Below are positions 19,713-29,689 of a stretch of DNA of 64,000 nt, piece by piece. A program made the position numbers and the translations under genes. Under the pieces are notes generated by a model. That model saw only the letters and a list, made by a program, of their open reading frames with translations, was not told the DNA's origin and made no database searches. The stretch lies in assembly GCA_017546445.1 (NCBI GenBank), contig JAFYWX010000002.1:23620-87619 (forward strand), given 5' to 3'. This DNA comes from Akkermansia sp. (lineage in GTDB: Bacteria > Verrucomicrobiota > Verrucomicrobiia > Verrucomicrobiales > Akkermansiaceae). The number at the start of each line of letters is the position of its first letter. Positions within the stretch are counted from its first letter, which is position 1.

Positions 19713-20941
19713 GCAGAAGAGTAGTCATTACCGGCATGGCCGCCATCAGCACGCTGGGGCGGACTCAGGAGGAAATTCTTCAGAACCTGAAGGCACAGAA
19801 GAATACCACGCGTCACATGGACGAATGGGTACACATTCATGGATTGCGTTCTCATCTTTTTGCAACGCTCAAGGATTACACGCCTCCCGCGGATTTACCT
19901 CGCAAAAAGACCCGCACCATGTCCACCGTCTCGCTGCTGGCTGTTGATTGCACGCGAGAAGCCCTGCGAGATGCAGGACTGGAAGATAGTGAAGTGTTGA
20001 CCAATGGCCGCACCGGCGTAGCCTATGGCTCATGCTCCGGCTCACTGCGCGCCATGAAGGGGTGTGTCACGCTGCTGGAGGATGACAGCACGCGTGACAT
20101 GAACTCCACCACCTACATCAAGATGATGGGCCAGACCGTTCCGGTCAATCTGTCTCTGTTCTTCGGCACCAAGGGCCGCCTGATTAACAGCAGCACAGCC
20201 TGCACATCCGGCAGTGTCTCCATCGGCATGGCATATGAAGCCATTCTCATGGGTAGGCAGGATGTGATGATTGCCGGTGGCGCAGAAGCCTGCAATGTGG
20301 TGCAGACCGCCGTATTCGATACCCTTTTTGCAACCAGTACACGTAATGATACGCCGGAGATAACCCCTGCTCCGTTTGATGCCAATCGCGATGGCCTTGT
20401 GCTTGGCGAAGGCGCCTGCACCCTCATTCTTGAAGAGCTGGAACACGCTCTTGCCCGAGGCGCCAGAATCTACGCAGAGCTGGTTGGTTTCGGCACCAAT
20501 ACAGATGGCTCGCATGTGACTAATCCGAATGCTGCCACCATGAAAAACGCCATGGCTGAGGCGCTCGAAATTGCCGGGCTCACACCGGATGACATCGGCT
20601 ATGTAAGCATGCATGGCACCGGCACGCAGAATGGCGACATAGCCGAGACAACGGCAACCCGCACCATTTTCACCACCCCGATTCCCGCCAGTTCACTTAA
20701 GGGCTACACCGGGCACACCCTGGGGGCCTGCGGTGCGCTGGAATCCATGGTCAGTATCATGATGATGCGCGAGGGCTGGTTCCACCCGAACCTGAATCTT
20801 AACACGCTGGATGAAAACTGCCACGGTGTGGATTTTATTACAGGCGCGGGCAGAAATATCGATACAAAGCATGTGATGAACAATAACTTTGCATTCGGCG
20901 GCATCAACACCAGCCTCATTTTCCGCAAATGGGAAGCCTGA
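19709..20941 (+). CDS. beta-ketoacyl-ACP synthase (FabF/FabB-like)
   Basis: SSTACTSGSVSIG active-site Cys, HGTGTQNGD, GHTLGACGALE. Confidence 0.9.
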   Translation: MSRRVVITGMAAISTLGRTQEEILQNLKAQKNTTRHMDEWVHIHGLRSHLFATLKDYTPPADLPRKKTRTMSTVSLLAVDCTREALRDAGLEDSEVLTNGRTGVAYGSCSGSLRAMKGCVTLLEDDSTRDMNSTTYIKMMGQTVPVNLSLFFGTKGRLINSSTACTSGSVSIGMAYEAILMGRQDVMIAGGAEACNVVQTAVFDTLFATSTRNDTPEITPAPFDANRDGLVLGEGACTLILEELEHALARGARIYAELVGFGTNTDGSHVTNPNAATMKNAMAEALEIAGLTPDDIGYVSMHGTGTQNGDIAETTATRTIFTTPIPASSLKGYTGHTLGACGALESMVSIMMMREGWFHPNLNLNTLDENCHGVDFITGAGRNIDTKHVMNNNFAFGGINTSLIFRKWEA

Positions 20942-21486
20942 ACGCACCATATGCCATCAAGGCAGCATGCTTTTGCACTGAGCCCCCCGCAGCCATACCT
21001 CGCGGGGTCTTCCCCTGCGCTCCGCCCAGGCGGCTCAGCAATCTGAGTAAAGCCTGTCTGACTTGCGTGACTCAGCTTATTGCGGAACAGGGAGACGCTA
21101 TTTTGCAGTTGCCGGTGGTGTACGCCAGTCGCCACGGGGAATTAGAGCGCACGCACTCCTTGTTTGATGAATGGGCAGAATACGGAGAAATGTCTCCTGC
21201 AGGCTTCTCCCTTTCCGTTCACAATGCTACTGCATCCTTACTTGGCCTTGCATCGCACAACCAGAACAACAGTACAACTCTTGCCGCAGGCGAAGATTCC
21301 TTGGCCATGGGCGTGCTGGAGGCGGCAATGTTCTGCAGGAATGGAGGAGATTGTCTCCTGGTGTACGGCGATACATACCCGGACCTTAATGCCGCCGCAC
21401 TACTTATCAGAGCCGGAGACAACAGGCCTCTGCCCTCTACCTTCACCGAACTTCAGGCTTTATGGAATACAAGCTCCCGCCCATGA
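20929..21486 (+). CDS. truncated KS-like / chain-length-factor-like protein
   Basis: 185 aa, overlaps the KS stop, and lacks a KS catalytic Cys context. Its position matches the small KS-partner gene of aryl-polyene clusters. Confidence 0.5.
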   Translation: MGSLNAPYAIKAACFCTEPPAAIPRGVFPCAPPRRLSNLSKACLTCVTQLIAEQGDAILQLPVVYASRHGELERTHSLFDEWAEYGEMSPAGFSLSVHNATASLLGLASHNQNNSTTLAAGEDSLAMGVLEAAMFCRNGGDCLLVYGDTYPDLNAAALLIRAGDNRPLPSTFTELQALWNTSSRP

Positions 21487-22220
21487 GCATCCCGACCCGC
21501 GTGCGATGCGCGCTCGCGGTCATGGATTATTTTCTCTTCGGATTCGGTGGCCTCTGTGTCTCTGTCGTTCTGCTGATACTCAGGCCGTTTTTCCCTGCCA
21601 GAAAGGAGAGAGAATTAGGGAGCAAGACACTGCAGTATTCATGGAAACTCATGTGCATGCTGCTGCGGAGCACATGGAACCTCCGCCTGCACGCCCCGCA
21701 GAAACGAGAAATGGAGCAGATTCGTTCCTCCATTATTGTGGCGAATCATCCATCATTGATAGATGTGGTCATTCTGACAGCAATTATCCCGAAGTGCATG
21801 CTGATAGTAAAGCCGGCACTGATGCGGTGGCCATTCCTTCGCCCCATTCTGCGCCGTCTTTGCATTGTAAACAACGGCGATTCCAATGAATTGCTCAAGC
21901 ACGCGCAAGAGGCCATTGAGCAAGGCTTCAATATCATCATCTTCCCGGAAGGAACCAGAACAACACCTGGCAAGAAGAATAAGCTTCACCGGGGAGCCTT
22001 TCACCTTGCCATCAGAAGCGGAGCCCCCATTGTTCCCATCCGGATAGATACAAGCCAGCCGTTCCTGACAAAAGAAGTTCCCTGGTGGTATGTGGGTGAA
22101 CACTGCCCTGTATTCACCCTCACCCTGCATGAGCCGCAGCTGGCCAGACAAGGGGAACCCGCGCATCCAGAAGCCGTTCGGCTCTGCGGTGAAATTGCTT
22201 CCCGGCTGGGGTTAGATTAA
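21462..22220 (+). CDS. 1-acyl-sn-glycerol-3-phosphate acyltransferase family (PlsC-like)
   Basis: ANHPSLIDV (HX4D) and FPEGTRT motifs, with an N-terminal TM helix. Confidence 0.8.
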   Translation: MEYKLPPMSIPTRVRCALAVMDYFLFGFGGLCVSVVLLILRPFFPARKERELGSKTLQYSWKLMCMLLRSTWNLRLHAPQKREMEQIRSSIIVANHPSLIDVVILTAIIPKCMLIVKPALMRWPFLRPILRRLCIVNNGDSNELLKHAQEAIEQGFNIIIFPEGTRTTPGKKNKLHRGAFHLAIRSGAPIVPIRIDTSQPFLTKEVPWWYVGEHCPVFTLTLHEPQLARQGEPAHPEAVRLCGEIASRLGLD

Positions 22221-23906
22221 ATAACCCGGCTGTTTCCCGGTTTCGCTCACGGCAAATCGTCCCTGACATGCCTTTACCTCATTGTGGGTCAGCATAATCT
22301 CCACGGAGACAGAATCGCCTTTTCTGCTCAACGTCACGAGTTGCTCATCTCCAGGCAACGTTTCTGCAGAGAACTTAAGACGCACAATTCCATCTACGCG
22401 CAGTCCCCAGTAATTCTGCAGCAAAACGCTCAGCCCCTGCAGAATCACCACACCGGGCACAATCGGGTATCCTGGAAAATGCCCGGCAAAGTATGCCGCG
22501 TCCTGCACATACAACAGCCGGAATACAAGCTTGTCAGCAGATTTTGCCACCGGAGTCATCAGCGGTAGCTGCAAGGAGCAGTTAAACAGAGACTCTACAG
22601 CCGCCTGTGTTACCTTCCCCTGTGCATTGCATGGGAGCTCACCGACAATACGCCACTTTCTGGGAAGCAGAGTCTGCTCCACCTGTTGTGAAAGCACGGT
22701 TCGAAGCGCTTTCTTGAGCCCGGTGTATCCCTCAGTTTTGAGAAGCAGCTCTCCCTCCTGCGTTGGAACAACGGCAACAGCCATGCGTGCTACCCTCTGG
22801 TTGGCTGGAACCAGTGCATATGCCTGCGCTACCAGCCCACTGTCCAGCAGGCATTTTTCCACCTCGGTAAGAGATACTCGCTTATCCGCGAGCTTTACAA
22901 TTCTATCCACGCGCGGATGCAAGAGAAAACGCCCGCCGGAAAGAAACTCTGCAGAATCACCCAGGCATGCCGGTGCCCCGGACAACACCGCAGGGGAATA
23001 GATATGCAAACCACCGTCCCTCGCGTTTTCCATATGCACCAGGGTAAACCGCTGCCATTCCTGGGTCTTCAAGGGCATGCGGTGCGCAGCAACCCCGGTT
23101 TCAGAACTGCCGAAGATTTCGTAAACGTCGGCCTCGGTCGCCTCCGCCACGCTGCGAGCAACGGATATGGGCAAAGGCGCACCAGCAGAAAGTAATCGTA
23201 CCGGGCGGTGGGACAATGGAGTCAAATCTGTATTCTCTGCCCAGATGCGAAGGAATGCCGGCGTCGTCACCAGCCAGGCAAGGCTTCCGGGGGTAGCCAA
23301 TGCGTCTACCCGGCTCAACCAGGGAGACAGCCCGACAAATGGGGCTGTGTCGCTCAGCAAACATCGGCTGAGCGGTAATAAGAGGCCGAAAATAATGCCG
23401 TAGGCATGGTGAAAACTCACAGTGGAAAACACCTCAGTGGTAGCGGAGTCTTCAGGGAAGACTTCCTCAAGCATCTGCAACTCGGCCTCCAGATTGGCGA
23501 AACTCCGCACTATTCTCTTGGGCTCACCTGTACTGCCAGAGGTAAAAAACTCAACGGCCACGGAGGCTGAATCCACGGCCTTCAGTTCTGCAGGAGCCTC
23601 TGCTTTGCCTAACTCATGCACAAAGATTGTTCCAGAAGCCTCCAGTCGGGCTCGCGTATTTTCGCACAAGTTGCCCGGCAGGATGGTTCTGATTTCTGCA
23701 TAGAGGCACGCCAGCAGGCCAACTGCAAAATCATAGTTATCATCTGCATGCAGCACGGCGCTCCCGGCTCCACTCTGCCTGATTGCCTGAACCAGACAGG
23801 CAACATCGCTCCGGAAATCACCAAGTGTTACTATGCTTTCGCGTCGACGGAATAAAGGTGTATCCTCCTTGATATCGGAAACTAAAAGGCGTGAAGGAAA
23901 AATCAT
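22212..23906 (-). CDS. AMP-dependent synthetase/ligase fused to a C-terminal hotdog dehydratase domain
   Basis: TSGSTGEPKRI adenylation motif. The C-terminal ~120 aa contain HFPGYPIVPGV (FabA/FabZ-type). Confidence 0.8.
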   Translation of the reverse strand: MIFPSRLLVSDIKEDTPLFRRRESIVTLGDFRSDVACLVQAIRQSGAGSAVLHADDNYDFAVGLLACLYAEIRTILPGNLCENTRARLEASGTIFVHELGKAEAPAELKAVDSASVAVEFFTSGSTGEPKRIVRSFANLEAELQMLEEVFPEDSATTEVFSTVSFHHAYGIIFGLLLPLSRCLLSDTAPFVGLSPWLSRVDALATPGSLAWLVTTPAFLRIWAENTDLTPLSHRPVRLLSAGAPLPISVARSVAEATEADVYEIFGSSETGVAAHRMPLKTQEWQRFTLVHMENARDGGLHIYSPAVLSGAPACLGDSAEFLSGGRFLLHPRVDRIVKLADKRVSLTEVEKCLLDSGLVAQAYALVPANQRVARMAVAVVPTQEGELLLKTEGYTGLKKALRTVLSQQVEQTLLPRKWRIVGELPCNAQGKVTQAAVESLFNCSLQLPLMTPVAKSADKLVFRLLYVQDAAYFAGHFPGYPIVPGVVILQGLSVLLQNYWGLRVDGIVRLKFSAETLPGDEQLVTLSRKGDSVSVEIMLTHNEVKACQGRFAVSETGKQPGYLI

Positions 23907-23918
23907 AACGAAAGAAAT

Positions 23919-24497
23919 TCAATGCTGATTACTCTGCTTTCTCTGCACATACCGGCGCACAAGCCATTCACCGGCAAGCAGCAGACCTATCAGTATATAC
24001 GAAATGCAGCCGTTGTACAAGGTCCAGATTTCCCAGTTCCCCATGAGGGCGGTAAGTGCTGAGACCGTTATATTGAAACAGAAAAAGCCCACCCACACCC
24101 ATGTCACCTTCCGGCAATACGAGATAGCGGAGTCCGGCAAGGGCTCTCCCCTGCTCGCCAGCCGGGCGAAGCGCTCAATCATGCTAGGCGGCGTAATCAA
24201 GCTGCTCCCGAACTGAGCAAGAAGCACTGAGCTCACGAGAATGGGATAGAGCTTGAAAAAATCCGGAGCATCCGTCATTGCTACGGCTACAAACAAGCCC
24301 ATCGCAACCAGAGGATTAAGCAACTTGCCTGGTTTGCGGGACCTGAACCATTCCACTGCGCATACCAGGAGCAATATGGGCAGGATATACAGGCAGATTT
24401 CCTGTAAATGCTCCCGGAAAGAAGTGAGTACCCACAGCACAAGCAGTGGGTACAACACAGCGCAGATTCCTGCCAGTATCTTTATCAGCCAGATCAT
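23919..24497 (-). CDS. small integral membrane protein (aryl-polyene cluster-associated)
   Basis: 192 aa with ~5 hydrophobic helices. 4-nt overlap with the upstream ACP gene. Confidence 0.5.
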   Translation of the reverse strand: MIWLIKILAGICAVLYPLLVLWVLTSFREHLQEICLYILPILLLVCAVEWFRSRKPGKLLNPLVAMGLFVAVAMTDAPDFFKLYPILVSSVLLAQFGSSLITPPSMIERFARLASRGEPLPDSAISYCRKVTWVWVGFFCFNITVSALTALMGNWEIWTLYNGCISYILIGLLLAGEWLVRRYVQRKQSNQH

Positions 24498-24754
24498 GCT
24501 CTGGCGTCTACGGCCTTGCAGATTACATCCAGCAAGCCTCCGTAATTGCGGACTTCCTTGAAATCCTCTGGAGTCAGCGTCACCTCGAATTGCTTCTGTA
24601 CACTCACTACAATGTCAACGGCATCAATACTGTCCAGATCCAGTTCCTCAAAAAGGTTTGTCTCGTCTGTCAGGTTATTTCCCTCCAAATCAATGGAGAA
24701 ATCGTTCTCCAGAACTTCTCGCACAAAGGAATCTACTTTTTCTCTGGTAGTCAT
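24494..24754 (-). CDS. acyl carrier protein
   Basis: 86 aa, with LDLDSIDAVDIV (the DSxD phosphopantetheine site). Confidence 0.85.
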   Translation of the reverse strand: MTTREKVDSFVREVLENDFSIDLEGNNLTDETNLFEELDLDSIDAVDIVVSVQKQFEVTLTPEDFKEVRNYGGLLDVICKAVDARA

Positions 24755-24764
24755 GAGTTCTCTA

Positions 24765-25058
24765 TCACTTATTCTGATTCTTCATTATAAATGCAGCAAG
24801 AGTGGCAACGGTTGCAAAATGGCTGTCCACATCTTCGGTCTCCTTATCAAGCGTCACATGGTAGCGGCGACGCAGCATGGTGCTGATTTCCATAGCATCA
24901 ATAGAATCAAGGGCCAACCCGTCTTCTGTAAAAAGCGGGGTCTCAGGTGTGATAACCACATCGTCCTGCAAATCCGCAACCTCCACAATAAGTGTCTGCA
25001 GCTCCTCTATCAAGGTCTCCAGATTTTTCGTTTCTTCGTTGTTCATGAGGGCGTACAT
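24765..25058 (-). CDS. acyl carrier protein (second copy)
   Basis: LALDSIDAMEIS attachment motif. The start is uncertain (ATG at 25058 or 25046), and the track start at 25109 would give an unusually long ACP. Confidence 0.8.
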   Translation of the reverse strand: MYALMNNEETKNLETLIEELQTLIVEVADLQDDVVITPETPLFTEDGLALDSIDAMEISTMLRRRYHVTLDKETEDVDSHFATVATLAAFIMKNQNK

Positions 25059-25250
25059 TCTAACAATTCTTAATTCTGCTGTCAATGCTTTGTCTCTCCT
25101 CAATAACATCTGGGATAGTTTAATTATGTCTGCATCCTGAAAATTCTTCTATCCCTGCATATTATTTACTTGCGTTCTAATGAGATGCTGATAATATGCA
25201 AAAATCCTCCTCTTTTTAATAGGCTATAACCTTTAACATCATTACTGGCG

Positions 25251-28200
25251 ATGAAACGGACACTCTTTATAGCAGCAGTGATGGCATGCTGCCTGGTCGG
25301 GGCAAAGGCAGCTACCTACACTAATCTCACAGAATCGTGGTGTGATGAGACAAACAACGTCATCTACAACGGCCAGGGTTACTTTGCCGTCTTATCTGCA
25401 ACGATCAACACGTCTGTGAATCTCACCATCAACATGGATTCCCTTGTAAGCTACGTGAACTCGAATGACTATACAGGAAGTTCATACATGCTGCTGTGGG
25501 AGAACAATGTGGCAAGCTACGGTCTTGGGGACAATGCGGATATGAGTCTCGACACAGGGGAAAGAACGCCATATCTCTCCGGCTGGACAGCGGGTGCATG
25601 GAATGCCTCCACCAACAAAACAACATATGACACTCTCATGTCCTATGCTGATGCGAACGGCAACGTCACCCTCACCATTACCAACAGTGCCACCAGCGGC
25701 GTGGTGGTGAGTGCCACGAATGCCCAGGGGACAAGCTCCAACATTTACACCGCATCGAATCTTAAGTACGGAGCCATGAATCAGGTTTCGGGTTACCGGG
25801 TCAACCTGAATTACGTGACTTCTGTAACGCTCAACACGGCATCCAACCTGGACACAGACACCTACGTTCCCCCGCCCGATTACAGCAAGCCCTTTGAAAG
25901 CGAGCGCACCGATGGTACCAGCATTGGTCGAGTCACCTTCCTGGGCGATTCCATTACCCATGGCGTCAACGACCAGAGTTACCGCTGGCAATTCTTCAAA
26001 ATCCTTACCGATAACGGTATTGAGAATGAAATATCCGGTCCTCGCTCCGGGTATTACAACACCCCCACCCACACGGATGATGCCGGCAGCCGCTACGGCG
26101 GCAAGGAGTTTGCCAATGTGCACCTGGCACAGGCTTCGGGGCGCACGCATAACATCATTTCCGGGAGTACGTCGTATAGTGTCAACGGCACTTCCTACAC
26201 CACTGGTGTGAACTACGGTGGCAATTCTACATCCAGTACGGCAGCAAATTACGACAGCAATACCTGGTTCTGCATGATGGGCACGAACGATATCCTTTCC
26301 GACACACCCAACTCCGGTCCTACCACAGCACAATATGCAACCCAGATGCAGAAAGTACTGGGCGGTACCGTTACCTATGACGCCACAAATGACAAGTATA
26401 CCTGGACTGCTGGCGATAACTGGGGGACGATGAGCACCATCGTGGACGATGTGTACACCGACGGCGACACCTTCTACATGCTCTCCATCACTCCCTGGGG
26501 CAGTCACACAAACCACAACCGGGATATGGATCACTATGCCGGTGCCGAATTCAACCGGAATCTGGAGGCATGGACCAAGGCCTACACCGCCAGTACGGGG
26601 AAGAACGTGGTCTTTGTTGATGTATCCCGGGGTATGACCAATCCGGCGTCTTCCATCCGCAACATGGGGCATGATGACTTCTTCAACAGCTCATCTGACC
26701 GTCTTCACCCGAATGACCAGGGCTCCATCCTCATGGCTGGCAACCTGGCCAGAGCCATGGGACTCGGGGGACGTACTGCGGGGTTGGTGCGACAGAGCAC
26801 CAGGGGCTGGGATGCAGCCGATATTGGTGCGGTGACTGCAGGCTCGAGTCTGCTGATTGCCGAGAATGCCTTTACAATGGCCGATGGCTACACCATTGAT
26901 TTATCTGCCAGTTTCGGTGATGGTGCAGCCAACAGCTGGCTTAGCGATATCAATGCTCTGAGTATTATGCTGGGCGATGGCACCAACAGCGGCACACTGA
27001 ACCTGAGCGAAAGCGCCATCATGTGGGGAACAGATGTGCTCTTCTGCTGGGATAATTCCACCCTGGCGGATGAAGGTAACCTGCGCATCGCATGGCACAA
27101 TGGTAACACCTCCGATAATGTGCTGAGCGGCTACTATGTGTGGCTGGATGATATGCTCATCGGCCAGGGCCTCCGCGCCACAGAGGGTACGGGGCTTAAC
27201 GGTATCATGATTTCTGCATCCGGCGCAAATGGTACTATCACTGGGCTCACCTGGGCAGATAAGGCCTATGCGCCTACCACACAGGGCGCCACTTCCCCGG
27301 AAAACTCCTATTACACTACGCAGAATCAGGCTCAGAGCATCGGTCTGGCAGGTAACAAATTCAGCGGCAAGGATTTCTCAAATGCAACAGAGCTTGCACT
27401 CACCAGCTCTACGCAGATTGTGACCTCTGCTCAGTCGGCAAAGACTGTAAAACTGACCTCTGCAAGCGGCTGGACAGGCATGACCAGCATGGCCAACAGC
27501 GGAGAGGTGAATGTGCGGCTCACGGGGCATGTGAACAATACCATCTTCGGCACCATGAACAACGCAACCGGTGCCAGACTTACACTGGAGCTGGTAGATG
27601 GCTCTTCCATTGGCAATGGCTCCTACAGCGGGCAGACCGCCGCCATTGCCGGCTCTTACGGCGGCGGCGATGCGGACTCCTTCCATGTATACCTGAACGG
27701 TGGCACCATCGGCGGAGATGTTGTCGGCGGTTCCATCAATGGTAACGGAAGCATCGGGGAAGTTAAGCTTGTTCAGAACGGCGCTACGGTGACCGGTAGT
27801 ATCATCGGCGGTTCCAAGGTTGATGGAGGTGTGGTAGATTCTGCCAGCATCATCGTGACAGGCGGCACTATTTCCGGCAACATCAATGCCGGTGGCGATA
27901 AGGGAACCGTTGGCAACACCAGCGTATTTATCTCTGGCGGTACAATCAGCGGCAATATCACCAAGGGCGCAGCTACCCGCAAGGAAGGCTCCTCTGCAAG
28001 CGTGACGGTGGTGGGTAATTCGGCCAGAATCGGTGGCGATATCACTGCGGATAATGTGACTCTGCGCGATGTGGCAGTCTCTGGCGCATCGGATGGGTTC
28101 GATACCTATACAGGAACGATTACCGCAAGCAGCCTGACGCTCGATAACGTGCAGGTCGACCTGATGGCGGAACTCAGTGCCAGCATTCAGGAGATTGAGC

Positions 28201-28730
28201 TTATTAACGGCTCCACGACCAGCGCCGTGCTGGGAGACGAGTTCACCCTTGCCAGGCTGACGCTGGCGGACTGCTCCACCTTCTCTGCCCTGAATTCAGT
28301 GGGCCAGCAGACGGTGCTCAGCGTCTCCACGCTGGAGGCACATGCAGGTGTCACGCTAAACGCAGATATGGTATTCGATACATCCTCCATGCTTATTCTG
28401 GGCGATACTCTCCACACCAATAGCGAGATTTGCCTGTCCAGTGGTATGGGGCTCACGCTTTCCGAGGCCATGCTTACCCAGCTTTACGGGATGCAGAGCG
28501 TTGTCCTTTTTGATGGTGTGACCAACCTTGCCTTGAATGGAGATGCTCTGGTAGATGGAGAAACGCTCAAGGTGAACGGCGTATTCGCCAATCTCGATAA
28601 TGCCTATAACTATGGCCTGTCCTACGTGGGCAGCATGGTGACTCTCCAGGTCATTCCAGAACCGACCACCACTGCATTCAGTCTTGCCGCTCTGGCTCTG
28701 CTTGCTGGGCGGCGGCGGCGCAAGAACTAA
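25251..28730 (+). CDS. PEP-CTERM-anchored surface protein with SGNH/GDSL hydrolase domain and beta-helix repeats
   Basis: Signal peptide. SGNH blocks FLGDSITHG (about 25944), MMGTNDI and DRLHPNDQG (about 26697). Gly-rich GGTISGNI-type repeats. C-terminal VIPEPTTTAFSLAALALLAGRRRRKN (about 28650-28727) is a PEP-CTERM sorting signal. Confidence 0.8.
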   Translation: MKRTLFIAAVMACCLVGAKAATYTNLTESWCDETNNVIYNGQGYFAVLSATINTSVNLTINMDSLVSYVNSNDYTGSSYMLLWENNVASYGLGDNADMSLDTGERTPYLSGWTAGAWNASTNKTTYDTLMSYADANGNVTLTITNSATSGVVVSATNAQGTSSNIYTASNLKYGAMNQVSGYRVNLNYVTSVTLNTASNLDTDTYVPPPDYSKPFESERTDGTSIGRVTFLGDSITHGVNDQSYRWQFFKILTDNGIENEISGPRSGYYNTPTHTDDAGSRYGGKEFANVHLAQASGRTHNIISGSTSYSVNGTSYTTGVNYGGNSTSSTAANYDSNTWFCMMGTNDILSDTPNSGPTTAQYATQMQKVLGGTVTYDATNDKYTWTAGDNWGTMSTIVDDVYTDGDTFYMLSITPWGSHTNHNRDMDHYAGAEFNRNLEAWTKAYTASTGKNVVFVDVSRGMTNPASSIRNMGHDDFFNSSSDRLHPNDQGSILMAGNLARAMGLGGRTAGLVRQSTRGWDAADIGAVTAGSSLLIAENAFTMADGYTIDLSASFGDGAANSWLSDINALSIMLGDGTNSGTLNLSESAIMWGTDVLFCWDNSTLADEGNLRIAWHNGNTSDNVLSGYYVWLDDMLIGQGLRATEGTGLNGIMISASGANGTITGLTWADKAYAPTTQGATSPENSYYTTQNQAQSIGLAGNKFSGKDFSNATELALTSSTQIVTSAQSAKTVKLTSASGWTGMTSMANSGEVNVRLTGHVNNTIFGTMNNATGARLTLELVDGSSIGNGSYSGQTAAIAGSYGGGDADSFHVYLNGGTIGGDVVGGSINGNGSIGEVKLVQNGATVTGSIIGGSKVDGGVVDSASIIVTGGTISGNINAGGDKGTVGNTSVFISGGTISGNITKGAATRKEGSSASVTVVGNSARIGGDITADNVTLRDVAVSGASDGFDTYTGTITASSLTLDNVQVDLMAELSASIQEIELINGSTTSAVLGDEFTLARLTLADCSTFSALNSVGQQTVLSVSTLEAHAGVTLNADMVFDTSSMLILGDTLHTNSEICLSSGMGLTLSEAMLTQLYGMQSVVLFDGVTNLALNGDALVDGETLKVNGVFANLDNAYNYGLSYVGSMVTLQVIPEPTTTAFSLAALALLAGRRRRKN

Positions 28731-28735
28731 CAGAT

Positions 28736-28773
28736 AAAAAGCCGGCTGCTTTCTTGCAAGCAGCCGGCTTTTT
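28736..28773. terminator. bidirectional rho-independent terminator
   Basis: AAAAA-GCCGGCTGCTT-loop-AAGCAGCCGGC-TTTTT, between convergent genes. Confidence 0.8.
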
Positions 28774-28790
28774 AAGAGTAAAAGGCAATA

Positions 28791-29675
28791 TCAATAATCG
28801 CGCTTCAGCAGGTAATCATTGATGGCCAACAGATTCTCGCGGCGGCGGTCGGAGAACACATCCAGCGCAGCACGGGCTGCAGCGGTGAGCTCGCGAGCCT
28901 CGGCGCGGGCATTATCCATACCCACCAGGGCGGGATAGGTGGCCTTCTGCACCTTGGCATCCTTGCCGATGCTCTTACCCAGCACCTCCGGCGTGGAGGT
29001 CACGTCGAGAATATCGTCGATAATCTGGAAAGCCAGCCCCAGGCAGCGGCCATATTCCGTGAGGGCATCCAACTGCTCCGGTGTACACCCGGCGGACATA
29101 CCGCCCAGTCTCACAGATGCAATGATGAGAGCGGAGGTCTTGCCATGGTGAATGGCGCGCAGGTCTTCCACGCTCAGTTCACGGCCCTCGCCTTCCAGGT
29201 CAAGCACCTGACCGCCCACCAGGTGACGGCTGCCAGTGCGGTAGGCCATCTCTGCCACGTAGTCAGCGGCATCGTAGCGGTCATTAGCTGGCACTCGGGC
29301 CAGCATGGCAAACACCTCAGTCAGCAGAGCATCACCAGCCAGCACAGCAATACCCTCGCCGAACACCTTGTGGCTCGTGGGGCGCCCGCGGCGCAGGTCG
29401 TCATTGTCCATGCAAGGCAGGTCATCGTGAATCAACGTGTAGGTATGTAGCGTTTCCAGAGCGCAGGCGGCATCCAGCGCAGCTTCCTCGCTGCCACCGC
29501 AGGCCTTGGCAGCCTCCAGGCAAAGCAGCGGACGAATGCGCTTACCACCGGCAAAGATGCTGTAGCGCATAGCTTTGTGGATAGTGCTGGGGGCAATATC
29601 CTCGCCGGGCAGCAGTTCGTTCAGACGAGCTTCCACCTTAGCGGCCGTTTCCTTGATGAGAGTCTTGATGTCCAT
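28791..29675 (-). CDS. polyprenyl diphosphate synthase (FPP/GGPP synthase type)
   Basis: First and second Asp-rich motifs LIHDDLPCMDNDDLRRG and FQIIDDILD. Confidence 0.9.
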   Translation of the reverse strand: MDIKTLIKETAAKVEARLNELLPGEDIAPSTIHKAMRYSIFAGGKRIRPLLCLEAAKACGGSEEAALDAACALETLHTYTLIHDDLPCMDNDDLRRGRPTSHKVFGEGIAVLAGDALLTEVFAMLARVPANDRYDAADYVAEMAYRTGSRHLVGGQVLDLEGEGRELSVEDLRAIHHGKTSALIIASVRLGGMSAGCTPEQLDALTEYGRCLGLAFQIIDDILDVTSTPEVLGKSIGKDAKVQKATYPALVGMDNARAEARELTAAARAALDVFSDRRRENLLAINDYLLKRDY

Positions 29676-29689
29676 GACGGGAAAATGAT

